Source of the DNA: Dinoroseobacter sp.
GTDB taxonomy: Bacteria > Pseudomonadota > Alphaproteobacteria > Rhodobacterales > Rhodobacteraceae
Length of the DNA stretch: 64,000 nt
Direction: 5' to 3'
Assembly: GCA_034111085.1 (NCBI GenBank)
Contig: JAWUXZ010000034.1
Span: 108,169-172,168 of the forward strand
The notes below the pieces were generated by a model, which was given only the letters and a program-made list of their open reading frames with translations, was not told the DNA's origin and searched no databases. Shown here piece by piece: positions 46,980 through 55,401 of this stretch. A program made the translations under genes and the position numbers. Position 1 is the first letter of the stretch. Every line of letters begins with the position of its first letter.

Positions 46980-48500
46980 TTAATGCGCCTCGCTGTCACC
47001 GGCATAGATCACCAGGTTTTCGAGGAACGTCACCAGCGCTGCTTGCTTGGCTTCGGGCAACGCCTCGAACGCATCTCGACTGGCTTGAGCCGCACCGCCA
47101 TGCGCCAAGATTGCTGCGTCCAACGTTGTCGCACGCCCATCATGTAGCCACGGTCCGGTGGAACCGACGCCCGCAAGCGACCGGGTTAGAAACATCGACG
47201 CCCCAAGACCCGAGGGATCGCTGGGATCGGATAGGTCTGCGCCCATATCGTGACGCTTGAGGTCGGTGAACCAGCGCGCAATCGCACGCCCCTCGGCGTC
47301 CCGCTCAACCGCGCCCAGATGATGTATCTCGCCGTTTGCACCCTCAAACTGGTTGTTGGGCTGATCGGTGGTCATGTCAAAGCGCAGGGCGGTCGCCATG
47401 GTCAGCCCATGGGTGGCGGGGTCTGATCCATCGGGGAAACTGACATCGTAGAACCCCGGAACTTGGCTCGGTTCCGAGAAGACAGGCTCGTCCAGCACCA
47501 TCGACGGCGTGTGGCAACTGGCGCAGGCGGCTTGGGTGAACGCAATCTCGCCTTGCGCGATCATCGCGGCCTCCTGCTCAGACATCTCGCCCAGCCCAAG
47601 TGCGGCCAGCTCAATCCGGCTGACGGGCCGCTCTAGGGCCGCCATATACAATGTCAGCGCGGTCATATCGCCGACGGTCAACTCGCCTGTCACCCCGTCG
47701 AAATCACCATCAAGAGCGCCGACAAGTTCGTCTGCCTGCATCCCCAATTCGTTATGGGCGGCCCCACGCGTAAACTCACGAATAGTGGCAGCGTCGCCCT
47801 TCCAGCCAAACGGTCGAACCACAAGGTCTGCGTCAATTCCTGCAAGCTGGCTTAAATCAGTGCCGAGCACACAAGGCTCCGTGGCAGTGCGCACGAGCGT
47901 CAGAGATCCAAAATCAATGCCCTTCGCGCTCAGCTCAGCCGTTGCAGTGCCGCTGGCGCAAGCAATCTGCTCAGCCGCGTCGCGTTGCAGATAAAGCGCT
48001 ACACTCATTTCCTCAGCCAAGCGCTGCGGGATAGCGAGCGCGAACAGCGGTAGGGTATTGCGCTCCAGATAGAGACTTGGATCGCCGGTATGGGCCGGAT
48101 CGATGACCGCGTTCAGTGCGACATCGCCCGCCCCATTGGCGATCGGCGCGTTGTGACACGCAATACAAGACGTCGCATTGGCCCCGCCTGCGCGCGCCGG
48201 GACATGGTTCGCCCATTCTGTCTCGCCCGTAAGGTCCGCGCGCGGAAACCGAGTGAACAATCGCCCCTCGCCGATATTTGCGCCAACACCGCGGGCTGCG
48301 TCGAAACTTGCTTCGGTCAACTCATCGCCGGCTTCGAAGGCCAGATCGAAGGCAGCCGCCATTTCGCCAGCGACCACGAGCGCGTTCAGTGCTGCCTGAT
48401 CAACGGGTGGCGGCAGGTCTTCGGCGAAGGTGGAGCCTGCCATCAGGCAAAGCGCTACCGTTGCCCCAAGGGGCTTTGTTGCAAAACTAGATCGTGTCAT
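46980..48500 (-). CDS. Secreted di-haem oxidoreductase (DHOR / cytochrome c peroxidase-like) family protein
   Basis: Signal peptide; two CxxCH (SCIACH, CASCH); RNT.PLF, PFGWK, E.G.Q, TDLKRHDMG, PWLHDGRATTL..AI..HGG. Confidence 0.85.
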   Translation of the reverse strand: MTRSSFATKPLGATVALCLMAGSTFAEDLPPPVDQAALNALVVAGEMAAAFDLAFEAGDELTEASFDAARGVGANIGEGRLFTRFPRADLTGETEWANHVPARAGGANATSCIACHNAPIANGAGDVALNAVIDPAHTGDPSLYLERNTLPLFALAIPQRLAEEMSVALYLQRDAAEQIACASGTATAELSAKGIDFGSLTLVRTATEPCVLGTDLSQLAGIDADLVVRPFGWKGDAATIREFTRGAAHNELGMQADELVGALDGDFDGVTGELTVGDMTALTLYMAALERPVSRIELAALGLGEMSEQEAAMIAQGEIAFTQAACASCHTPSMVLDEPVFSEPSQVPGFYDVSFPDGSDPATHGLTMATALRFDMTTDQPNNQFEGANGEIHHLGAVERDAEGRAIARWFTDLKRHDMGADLSDPSDPSGLGASMFLTRSLAGVGSTGPWLHDGRATTLDAAILAHGGAAQASRDAFEALPEAKQAALVTFLENLVIYAGDSEAH

Positions 48501-48713
48501 TCGAAGTCTCCCTGACCACCCGGTTCTGCGGCCGGGGCGGTGCACGGGCGCGTCAGTTTATTATTCGGTGCGGAGCCTGCGTTGCGCCATGGGTGGCCGT
48601 TTCGGCGACGAAGCTCTCAAGAAGGTCAAACGGTCGCCGTCGCAGTTTCCGTCGCGCCTCACGCAGAATTTGCCGTGCTGTGATGTGGGCGTGACAGAAC
48701 GCAGGCACAATGA

Positions 48714-48743
48714 AGCCGCCTCGGCTATGCGAACCGGGCGGCT
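48714..48743 (-). terminator. Hairpin downstream of the thioredoxin-like gene
   Basis: Minus strand AGCCGCCCGGTT-CGCAT-AGCCGAGGCGGCT followed by a weak U-rich tail. Confidence 0.45.
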
Positions 48744-48769
48744 AAGTATTATTGTTATTAAGGGGTTGG

Positions 48770-49237
48770 CTAGCGCAACAAAGCCTCAAACGCTCCGCGC
48801 AATTCGTCGGCTTGCCGCACGCCTTCCATGCGGCGCACCAAAGTGCCCTCAGCATTATACAACAGCAACGTCACATGCGCCGCCCCGGCTCCATTGGCGA
48901 AACTTGCGCCCACATCGCTGCGAATATTTGCGACGCGGTAATCGAGGCCCGTCGCGTCCATCGCCTTTAGTGCACTTTTTGTCTGACGTTGCAGCTCGGT
49001 ACACAGGCTACAGCTTGGATCGTGGATCTGAACAATCGTTGGACGCCCTTGGCCGATGGTGGTCAGGTCCTGCTCGGCCACGGTCGCCTGCACAGCGCGG
49101 ATCGAGAATACACCGATGCCGCCCAAGGCCACCACGCCAATAGCGCCCGCCCGCAGCAACTTCAGAGTGTTGCGCTTGCCTTCATCAGCGGGCGCATTGC
49201 GCTGGGCTTGCGCGGTTTTGCGGGCATTCTTTTTCAT
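48770..49237 (-). CDS. Membrane-anchored thioredoxin-like protein (CxxC)
   Basis: Basic N-terminus + TM, then IGQGRPTIVQIHDPSCSLC. Confidence 0.7.
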   Translation of the reverse strand: MKKNARKTAQAQRNAPADEGKRNTLKLLRAGAIGVVALGGIGVFSIRAVQATVAEQDLTTIGQGRPTIVQIHDPSCSLCTELQRQTKSALKAMDATGLDYRVANIRSDVGASFANGAGAAHVTLLLYNAEGTLVRRMEGVRQADELRGAFEALLR

Positions 49238-49322
49238 CGGGACCTCGGGGCTGGAAACTCAAAGCCAAACTAAGCCTGATCTCACGGCCCCGATCCAATC
49301 ACGCCCCATGCCGATTGCGTGA

Positions 49323-49613
49323 TCAGTGGCTCTTGTCAAAAGCCGCTTTTTGATCTGCGGTCGCTTCGGTCTGATGCTTCTGTTTCCACTCGGCCATCGT
49401 CATGCCGTAGAAGTTTTCGCGTGCCTCATCCTTGGTCATCTCGATGCCGCGCTCGGCAGCAGCTTCCTGATACCAGCGCGACAGGCAATTCCGGCAAAAG
49501 CCCGTCTGGTTCATCATGTCGATGTTCTGCACATCGGTGCGCTCTTCCATCAGGTGGCGCTTCAATGCGCGGAAAGCTGCGGCTTCCAACTCGATCTGGG
49601 TCTGGTCATCCAT
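49323..49613 (-). CDS. DUF1244 domain protein
   Basis: LEAAAFR.L..HL..RTDVQNIDMM...GFCRNCLSRWY. Confidence 0.92.
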   Translation of the reverse strand: MDDQTQIELEAAAFRALKRHLMEERTDVQNIDMMNQTGFCRNCLSRWYQEAAAERGIEMTKDEARENFYGMTMAEWKQKHQTEATADQKAAFDKSH

Positions 49614-50370
49614 GGGTCGTTTCCTTCAAGCTAGTGTGCGTGGCGGTTAATGCGTTGGCGAGGCGTTGGCCCCAGGCAATCTGCCCCGATGCCTCCGAGA
49701 TGAGGTCGTTGCGGACTTCGATCAAGACATGCGGGCGTCCGGGCACGACGCCGTGACGGTCCATCGTGTCGCCGGGCAGATGACCTGAATAGGGCTCGTT
49801 GTCGCCGACGATGATATCGGGGTCACGGGCCAGTTCGGTCAGCAACGGATCCACTATGCGCCGATCATCCGACGACAAAAGCCCCACATGCCAAGGCCTT
49901 GGCTCGCGCCCACGCAGTTGCGGGGTGAACGAATGGACCGACACCAGAACAGCCTCAGGATGCCCAGCAAGAACCCGTGCAATCGCTTTGTGGTAGGGGC
50001 GGTGATACGCCTCCAGCCGCCGTTCGCGCTCAGCTGCATCAGCGTGGCGGTTGGCGGGAATAATCGTACCATCATAGATGCGCATCAGCAGCGTCGGATC
50101 ATATTCGCCCCGGTTCGGATCAATCACGAGGCGTGAGAAATCCGACAAGATCGCAGGTGCATCGAGCGCTTCGGCCAAGGCCAGCGTCATACCCTGCGCA
50201 CCCACGTCATAGGCGATGTGGCGTTCCATGTCCTCGCGCCGCAAACCCAGATCACCACCTGCAACGGCACCCGGCACACGGTTGCTCGCATGATCACACA
50301 AAATCACCCAATCGGGGCTTTGCCCGCCGATGATCTGGTAGGAGGGGTGAGAAAGGCTGCTATCGGGCAT
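49606..50370 (-). CDS. N-formylglutamate amidohydrolase family protein
   Basis: CDHASN, HIAYDVG, SRLVIDPNR, SVHSFTP, DNEPY, IEVRNDL. Confidence 0.92.
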   Translation of the reverse strand: MPDSSLSHPSYQIIGGQSPDWVILCDHASNRVPGAVAGGDLGLRREDMERHIAYDVGAQGMTLALAEALDAPAILSDFSRLVIDPNRGEYDPTLLMRIYDGTIIPANRHADAAERERRLEAYHRPYHKAIARVLAGHPEAVLVSVHSFTPQLRGREPRPWHVGLLSSDDRRIVDPLLTELARDPDIIVGDNEPYSGHLPGDTMDRHGVVPGRPHVLIEVRNDLISEASGQIAWGQRLANALTATHTSLKETTHG

Positions 50371-50507
50371 CTGTCATCCAAGTGTCACGGCACCCTGCGA
50401 CTTAGCGCGACCGCGACCCAAGCGCCAGTTGCCGTACACGCGAAACTGCGCCATACCCACGCCAATCCTGTGACCGCTAACATACCTTTCTGAGAGAGAG
50501 CCGCCCC

Positions 50508-51953
50508 ATGCGCAGACTTCGCAATATCAAGATCGTCGCCACCCTCGGCCCTGCATCCTCGGACTACGAGACTATTCGAGCGCTCTTTGACGCCGGTGCC
50601 GATGTGTTCCGCCTGAATATGAGCCACGGCACCCATGAAGACATCTCAAGTCGCCACGAGATCATCCGCCAGATAGAGCGTGAAACCGGTCGCCCCATCG
50701 CGATCCTCGCAGACCTTCAAGGCCCCAAACTACGCTGCGGCGAGTTTGACGATGGCCCTTACGAACTTGAGGTCGGCCAGAAGTTCCGCTTCGATCTGGA
50801 CAAGACCAAAGGCGACCAGCACCGGGTTTGCCTGCCTCATCCTGAGATTTTCGCAGCCCTTGAAGAGGGCGCGCGCCTGCTGATCAACGATGGCAAGATC
50901 GCCGTGATCGTGGATCATTTCGGCAAGGACTACGCCAATTGCACCGTCACCGTCGGCGGCGAGATTTCCAACCGCAAGGGCGTGAACGTGCCCGATGTGG
51001 TGCTGCCGCTGGCGGCTTTGTCCGACAAAGATCGCAAGGACCTCGAATTTGTCTGCACACTCGGTGTGGATTGGTTGGCTTTGTCGTTCGTGCAACGCCC
51101 TGAGGACGTGCATGAGGCTCGCGCATTGGCCGGGGGTCGCGCTGCAATCCTATCCAAAATCGAAAAGCCCGCCGCTGTGGCCGCATATGACGCAATCCTC
51201 GAAGTGTCAGACGGCATCATGGTTGCGCGCGGAGATCTGGGCGTGGAGCTTCCCGTTTGGAAAGTCCCCCCGATCCAGAAGCAATTGGTGCGTGGGGCGC
51301 GTAATGCGGCAAAGCCCGTGATCGTGGCGACACAAATGCTCGAATCGATGATCAGCAGCCCTATGCCCACCCGGGCCGAGGTCTCGGACGTGGCCACCGC
51401 CATCTACGAGGGTGCCGATGCGATAATGCTCAGTGCTGAATCTGCGGCTGGTGACTTCCCGATCGAGGCGGTGACCACTATGAACAATGTCGCCATCGAG
51501 GTCGAAAGCGATCCGACCTACCGCCAAGTGATCGAGGCGTCTCGCCCACGCGTGCGCAACTCGGTGCCCGATGGCATCGTTGCCGCCGCGCGCGAGATTG
51601 CCGAGACGACTGACATCAAGGCGATCTGTTGCTTCTCTCAGTCCGGCTCGACCGTGTTGAAAGTAAGCCGCGAAAAGCCCCGCGTGCCGATCATTGCGCT
51701 GACCTCGCTTCTGGGAACCGCACGCAGGCTCAGCCTGACATGGGGCGCGCATTGCGTGATGACCAGCGAAGTGACCCGCTTCAAGATGGCCGTGGTTGCT
51801 GCCGCGCGTGCGGCGCGTACAGAAGGTTTTGCCACAGAGGCTGACAAAATTCTCGTAATTGCGGGTGTGCCCTTTAATGTGAAGGGCTCTACGAATATTC
51901 TACGTGTGGCCCCTTGCGAGGAGAGCCAGATTTTCGCAACCGAACCGGGGTAA
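50508..51953 (+). CDS. pyk: Pyruvate kinase
   Basis: KIVATLGP, RLNMSHG, DLQGPK, MVARGDLGVE, ATQMLESM. Confidence 0.98.
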   Translation: MRRLRNIKIVATLGPASSDYETIRALFDAGADVFRLNMSHGTHEDISSRHEIIRQIERETGRPIAILADLQGPKLRCGEFDDGPYELEVGQKFRFDLDKTKGDQHRVCLPHPEIFAALEEGARLLINDGKIAVIVDHFGKDYANCTVTVGGEISNRKGVNVPDVVLPLAALSDKDRKDLEFVCTLGVDWLALSFVQRPEDVHEARALAGGRAAILSKIEKPAAVAAYDAILEVSDGIMVARGDLGVELPVWKVPPIQKQLVRGARNAAKPVIVATQMLESMISSPMPTRAEVSDVATAIYEGADAIMLSAESAAGDFPIEAVTTMNNVAIEVESDPTYRQVIEASRPRVRNSVPDGIVAAAREIAETTDIKAICCFSQSGSTVLKVSREKPRVPIIALTSLLGTARRLSLTWGAHCVMTSEVTRFKMAVVAAARAARTEGFATEADKILVIAGVPFNVKGSTNILRVAPCEESQIFATEPG

Positions 51954-51959
51954 TTGCCG

Positions 51960-52196
51960 ATGCTGGTCCAGGATCTGACGCTTGTAGGGGCCCTGATTAC
52001 AGCCGCGATCGGCGTGACCGGGCTGATCACTGCCTGGGTCGATGATCACTTCCCGATACGCGGACTGGCATTCTTGATCCTTGCAGGTGTTCTGGGGTGG
52101 GAGACATGGGAATCGCGCGGGCGGGTCTTGGTGTTTGATGATGTGCCAATTGCGTTCATGCGCCTGATAAATTTGGCGCTTCAGGCGGTAAGCTAG
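51960..52196 (+). CDS. Small hypothetical membrane protein
   Basis: Two hydrophobic segments then F.DVP.AF; sits between pyk and rpmI. Confidence 0.7.
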   Translation: MLVQDLTLVGALITAAIGVTGLITAWVDDHFPIRGLAFLILAGVLGWETWESRGRVLVFDDVPIAFMRLINLALQAVS

Positions 52197-52217
52197 CCGG
52201 GCCGAGCGCAACCACCC

Positions 52218-52246
52218 TTGCCATCGCCGAACACCCCTGCTACTCG
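52218..52246 (+). promoter_or_regulatory. Putative sigma70 promoter of rpmI-rplT
   Basis: TTGCCA - 17 bp - TACTCG about 100 nt upstream of rpmI. Confidence 0.55.
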
Positions 52247-52347
52247 CGCGTCTTGATCCATCTATAGGATCGCCCGACCCCGGCTAAAGTGGCATGCCGC
52301 GGGACGGGTCAAGCGTTCTAAACGCACGACACGAATAGGAGACGCAA

Positions 52348-52548
52348 ATGCCCAAAATGAAGACGAAATCGAGCGCTAAAAAGCGCTTCAAGGTCACGGC
52401 GACCGGAAAAGTCATGGCAGGCCAAGCTGGCAAGCGCCACGGCATGATCAAGCGCTCGAACAAGTTCCTGCGCAATGCGCGCGGCACCACTGAGCTCAGC
52501 GCCCCCGACACTAAAATCGTCAAGGGCTATATGCCCTATGACCGCTAA
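52348..52548 (+). CDS. rpmI: 50S ribosomal protein L35
   Basis: [22 protein letters not shown]. Confidence 0.98.
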   Translation: MPKMKTKSSAKKRFKVTATGKVMAGQAGKRHGMIKRSNKFLRNARGTTELSAPDTKIVKGYMPYDR

Positions 52549-52560
52549 GGAGCGCCGGAT

Positions 52561-52947
52561 ATGAGCCGTACCAAAGGTGGAACCGTTACCCACGCCCGTC
52601 ACCGTAAAGTCATTAAAGCCGCTAAAGGCTATTATGGACGTCGCAAGAGCACCTTTAAGGTCGCTAAGCAGGCGGTGGACAAAGCCAATCAATATGCAAC
52701 GCGTGACCGCAAGAATCGCAAGCGCCAGTTCCGCGGTTTGTGGATCCAGCGTATCAACGCAGCCGTGCGCAGCCACGATGCAGCACTGACCTACTCGCGC
52801 TTCATCAACGGTATGGCCTTGGCCGGTATCGAGGTTGACCGTAAGGTTCTTGCAGATCTCGCCGTGCGCGAGCCCGAGGCGTTTAGCGCAATCGTTGCTC
52901 AAGCCCAAGATGCGCTGGCCCAAGACGCGGTTGCCAAAGCCGCGTAA
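52561..52947 (+). CDS. rplT: 50S ribosomal protein L20
   Basis: [39 protein letters not shown]. Confidence 0.98.
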   Translation: MSRTKGGTVTHARHRKVIKAAKGYYGRRKSTFKVAKQAVDKANQYATRDRKNRKRQFRGLWIQRINAAVRSHDAALTYSRFINGMALAGIEVDRKVLADLAVREPEAFSAIVAQAQDALAQDAVAKAA

Positions 52948-52967
52948 GCCAAGCGCTACGACAGATT

Positions 52968-53006
52968 AAAAAAGCCGCTCCGGGTTGGGGCGGCTTTTTT
53001 GTTTTT
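52968..53006 (+). terminator. Rho-independent terminator after rplT
   Basis: AAAAAAGCCGCTCC-GGGTT-GGGGCGGCTTTTTTGTTTTT. Confidence 0.9.
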
Positions 53007-53302
53007 CAGAGCGAGTGCCTGAAGCGTCCACTGTCCTTCTAACCCAACCACAGCCACCACTCCGCGCCGGGCACGCTGATGCTGCAAGCCGCCACGCCGC
53101 ACTGCACCTCGTCGATGATATCAGAATGCGCCGCAGGGAAGGTGGGCGCGTCGCCTATCATCACCTGCTGTTTGTCACCCACGGCTACGGCTCTGCCGTC
53201 CGCGTGGCCCTCAAGCGTCACGAGGCAGCGCGCGTGCGCCCCTGACTTGCACTTTCGCCCCCACATGATACCTCCCAAATCGACCAATCTGACGAGGCCG
53301 AG

Positions 53303-54370
53303 ATGCACGATCTGCGCGAAAAATACCTGACCGCTATTGCCGGTGCAGGAGACGAGACCACGCTGGAGACCTTGCGCGTGCAAGCGGTGGGCAAGAAAGG
53401 CGAGGTCGCGTTGCAAATGCGCGAGCTTGGCAAGATGACGCCCGAGCAGCGTTTGGAAATGGGCCCGAAGCTGAATGCGCTCAAGGACGAGATTAACAGC
53501 GCCCTCATCGCCAAGAAATCCGCGCTGTCGGATGCCGCGCTCGACGAGCGTTTGCGCGGCGAATGGCTTGACGTTACGTTGCCCGGTCGCGGTCGCCCGT
53601 CCGGCACCATCCATCCAATCAGCCAAGTGACCGAGGAAGTCACCGCCATCTTCGCCGATTTGGGCTTTGCCGTCGCCGAAGGTCCGCAGGTGGAAACCGA
53701 TTGGTACAATTTCGACGCGCTTAACATCCCCGGCCACCACCCTGCGCGCGCCGAGATGGACACGTTCTATATGGCCCGAGCGATGGGTGACGAGCGGCCC
53801 CCGCATGTGCTGCGTACCCACACCTCGCCTGTGCAAATCCGGTCGATGGAAAAGCAGGGCGCGCCGATTCGCATTATCTGTCCGGGCCGCGTTTACCGCG
53901 CCGATTATGACCAGACCCACACGCCGATGTTCCACCAGGTTGAGGGTCTGGCGATTGATACCGACATCTCCATGGCCAACCTGAAATGGGTGCTGGAAGA
54001 GTTCGTGAAAGCCTTCTTCGGTGTTGACGATGTCGAGCTGCGCTTCCGCGCGTCCCACTTCCCGTTCACCGAGCCGAGTGCAGAGGTCGATATCCGCTGC
54101 TCATGGGCGGGCGGCGTTCTGAAAGTGGGGGAGGGCGACGACTGGCTCGAAATTCTCGGCTCTGGCATGGTCCATCCAAAAGTACTACAGGCCGGCGGGA
54201 TCGATCCGAGCATCTACCAAGGGTTTGCGTTTGGGATGGGGATCGACCGCATCGCCATGCTGAAATACGGGATCCCCGATCTGCGGGCGTTCTTTGATAG
54301 CGACCTACGCTGGTTGCGCCACTACGGGTTCTCGGCGTTGCAGCAGCCGAACTTGCATGGGGGTTTGTGA
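53303..54370 (+). CDS. pheS: Phenylalanine--tRNA ligase alpha subunit
   Basis: [47 protein letters not shown]. Confidence 0.98.
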   Translation: MHDLREKYLTAIAGAGDETTLETLRVQAVGKKGEVALQMRELGKMTPEQRLEMGPKLNALKDEINSALIAKKSALSDAALDERLRGEWLDVTLPGRGRPSGTIHPISQVTEEVTAIFADLGFAVAEGPQVETDWYNFDALNIPGHHPARAEMDTFYMARAMGDERPPHVLRTHTSPVQIRSMEKQGAPIRIICPGRVYRADYDQTHTPMFHQVEGLAIDTDISMANLKWVLEEFVKAFFGVDDVELRFRASHFPFTEPSAEVDIRCSWAGGVLKVGEGDDWLEILGSGMVHPKVLQAGGIDPSIYQGFAFGMGIDRIAMLKYGIPDLRAFFDSDLRWLRHYGFSALQQPNLHGGL

Positions 54371-54786
54371 GGGGTGAAGCTACTTTGAGTGAGAAACAAA
54401 TGCAGAAGCTCTTGGAATTCTGCTTGAAGCACACAGATCTCCATAACCAAATCTTTCTAGACGAAGAAGGATTCATGCTTGGCGAGGAGGTGGGCCAGAA
54501 GCGCCGGGTGCCCACTGAGAAGCTACCCTTTACAGCACCGCTTAGGCGTCACTACTTCGAAGAACTCCAGACAAACGGCTTTATTCTTTCGCCACATGAT
54601 TGGAGGGATTTCTATTTCAGGTTCACTGTGACTGACGCTGGTCTCGCATTTCTAGCCGAAAATAAGTGGTGGCCACGGCAGCTTAGGGCAATTGGTGACA
54701 ATGTTCTGACGATTGCCGTAAGTGTAGTTACAGCTTTGCTAGTGGCTTGGATCGTTCAACTGTTTGGACCGACAATGGCGGTCTAG
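54367..54786 (+). CDS. Low-GC hypothetical protein (possible winged-helix + C-terminal TM)
   Basis: GTGA overlap with the pheS stop; AT-rich (24/60 and 29/60 GC in two lines counted); EELQTNGFI...[11 protein letters not shown] then a TM. Confidence 0.65.
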   Translation: MRGEATLSEKQMQKLLEFCLKHTDLHNQIFLDEEGFMLGEEVGQKRRVPTEKLPFTAPLRRHYFEELQTNGFILSPHDWRDFYFRFTVTDAGLAFLAENKWWPRQLRAIGDNVLTIAVSVVTALLVAWIVQLFGPTMAV

Positions 54787-54921
54787 CTGAACCTCGTTCT
54801 TTCAATATTTGTCTGAACTCAAAATGCCATCCACACCACCCCTCCCCAAACTCACTTGCACACTTACACGCCTTGCCCCCATGATGCGCCCACACCCGTC
54901 ATGCCTCAAGGAAACCCCGCC

Positions 54922-55326
54922 ATGCTCCGCCTTACACTCGCTGCTCTCATGCTTGCCGCCCCTGCCGCCGCGGATGAGGTCTGGTCCAGCGAAATGGGCG
55001 ATATCATTTATGAGTTCGACCAAAACAACACCGCCGTGTTCTCGTTCACCAACCTCGACGCGTACGGCGCGCTTCTGGTGATCCCCGGCCTCGCGGGCAA
55101 TCTCGAAAATCGCGGTGTGCATGACGCGTATTGGCTCGGCTCCGGCTCGGGCGATTGTCCGGCCTTTCTGGCGCTTCCGGGTGACGAGCAGACCGCGACC
55201 ACCAATTGGGGGCGCGCGATTGTCAGCTTCGATAGCCCCGCATTCCCCACGTCGTTTACCCTCCAACTGGGGTGGTGCTTTGAGGACCCGCGCGAATCGA
55301 TGGGCGCTAAGGCCGTCACGCGCTAG
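54922..55326 (+). CDS. Secreted hypothetical protein
   Basis: AAGGA RBS; signal peptide MLRLTLAALMLAAPAAA; two Cys. Confidence 0.8.
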   Translation: MLRLTLAALMLAAPAAADEVWSSEMGDIIYEFDQNNTAVFSFTNLDAYGALLVIPGLAGNLENRGVHDAYWLGSGSGDCPAFLALPGDEQTATTNWGRAIVSFDSPAFPTSFTLQLGWCFEDPRESMGAKAVTR

Positions 55327-55401
55327 AGAACGCCCTGCACGCTTTTCTTCCCGGCCCCGGTGCGGTAACGCTGCGCGCAAAGCGTATGCGGGATAAAATC
55401 G

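Noticed and set aside
48561-48590. 9-codon uORF (MAQRRLRTE) upstream of the di-haem gene
   Set aside because: No RBS and no informative codon run; likely chance
53039-54058. 339-aa antisense ORF over pheS
   Set aside because: Shadow of pheS; only the part outside pheS is kept as a weak finding
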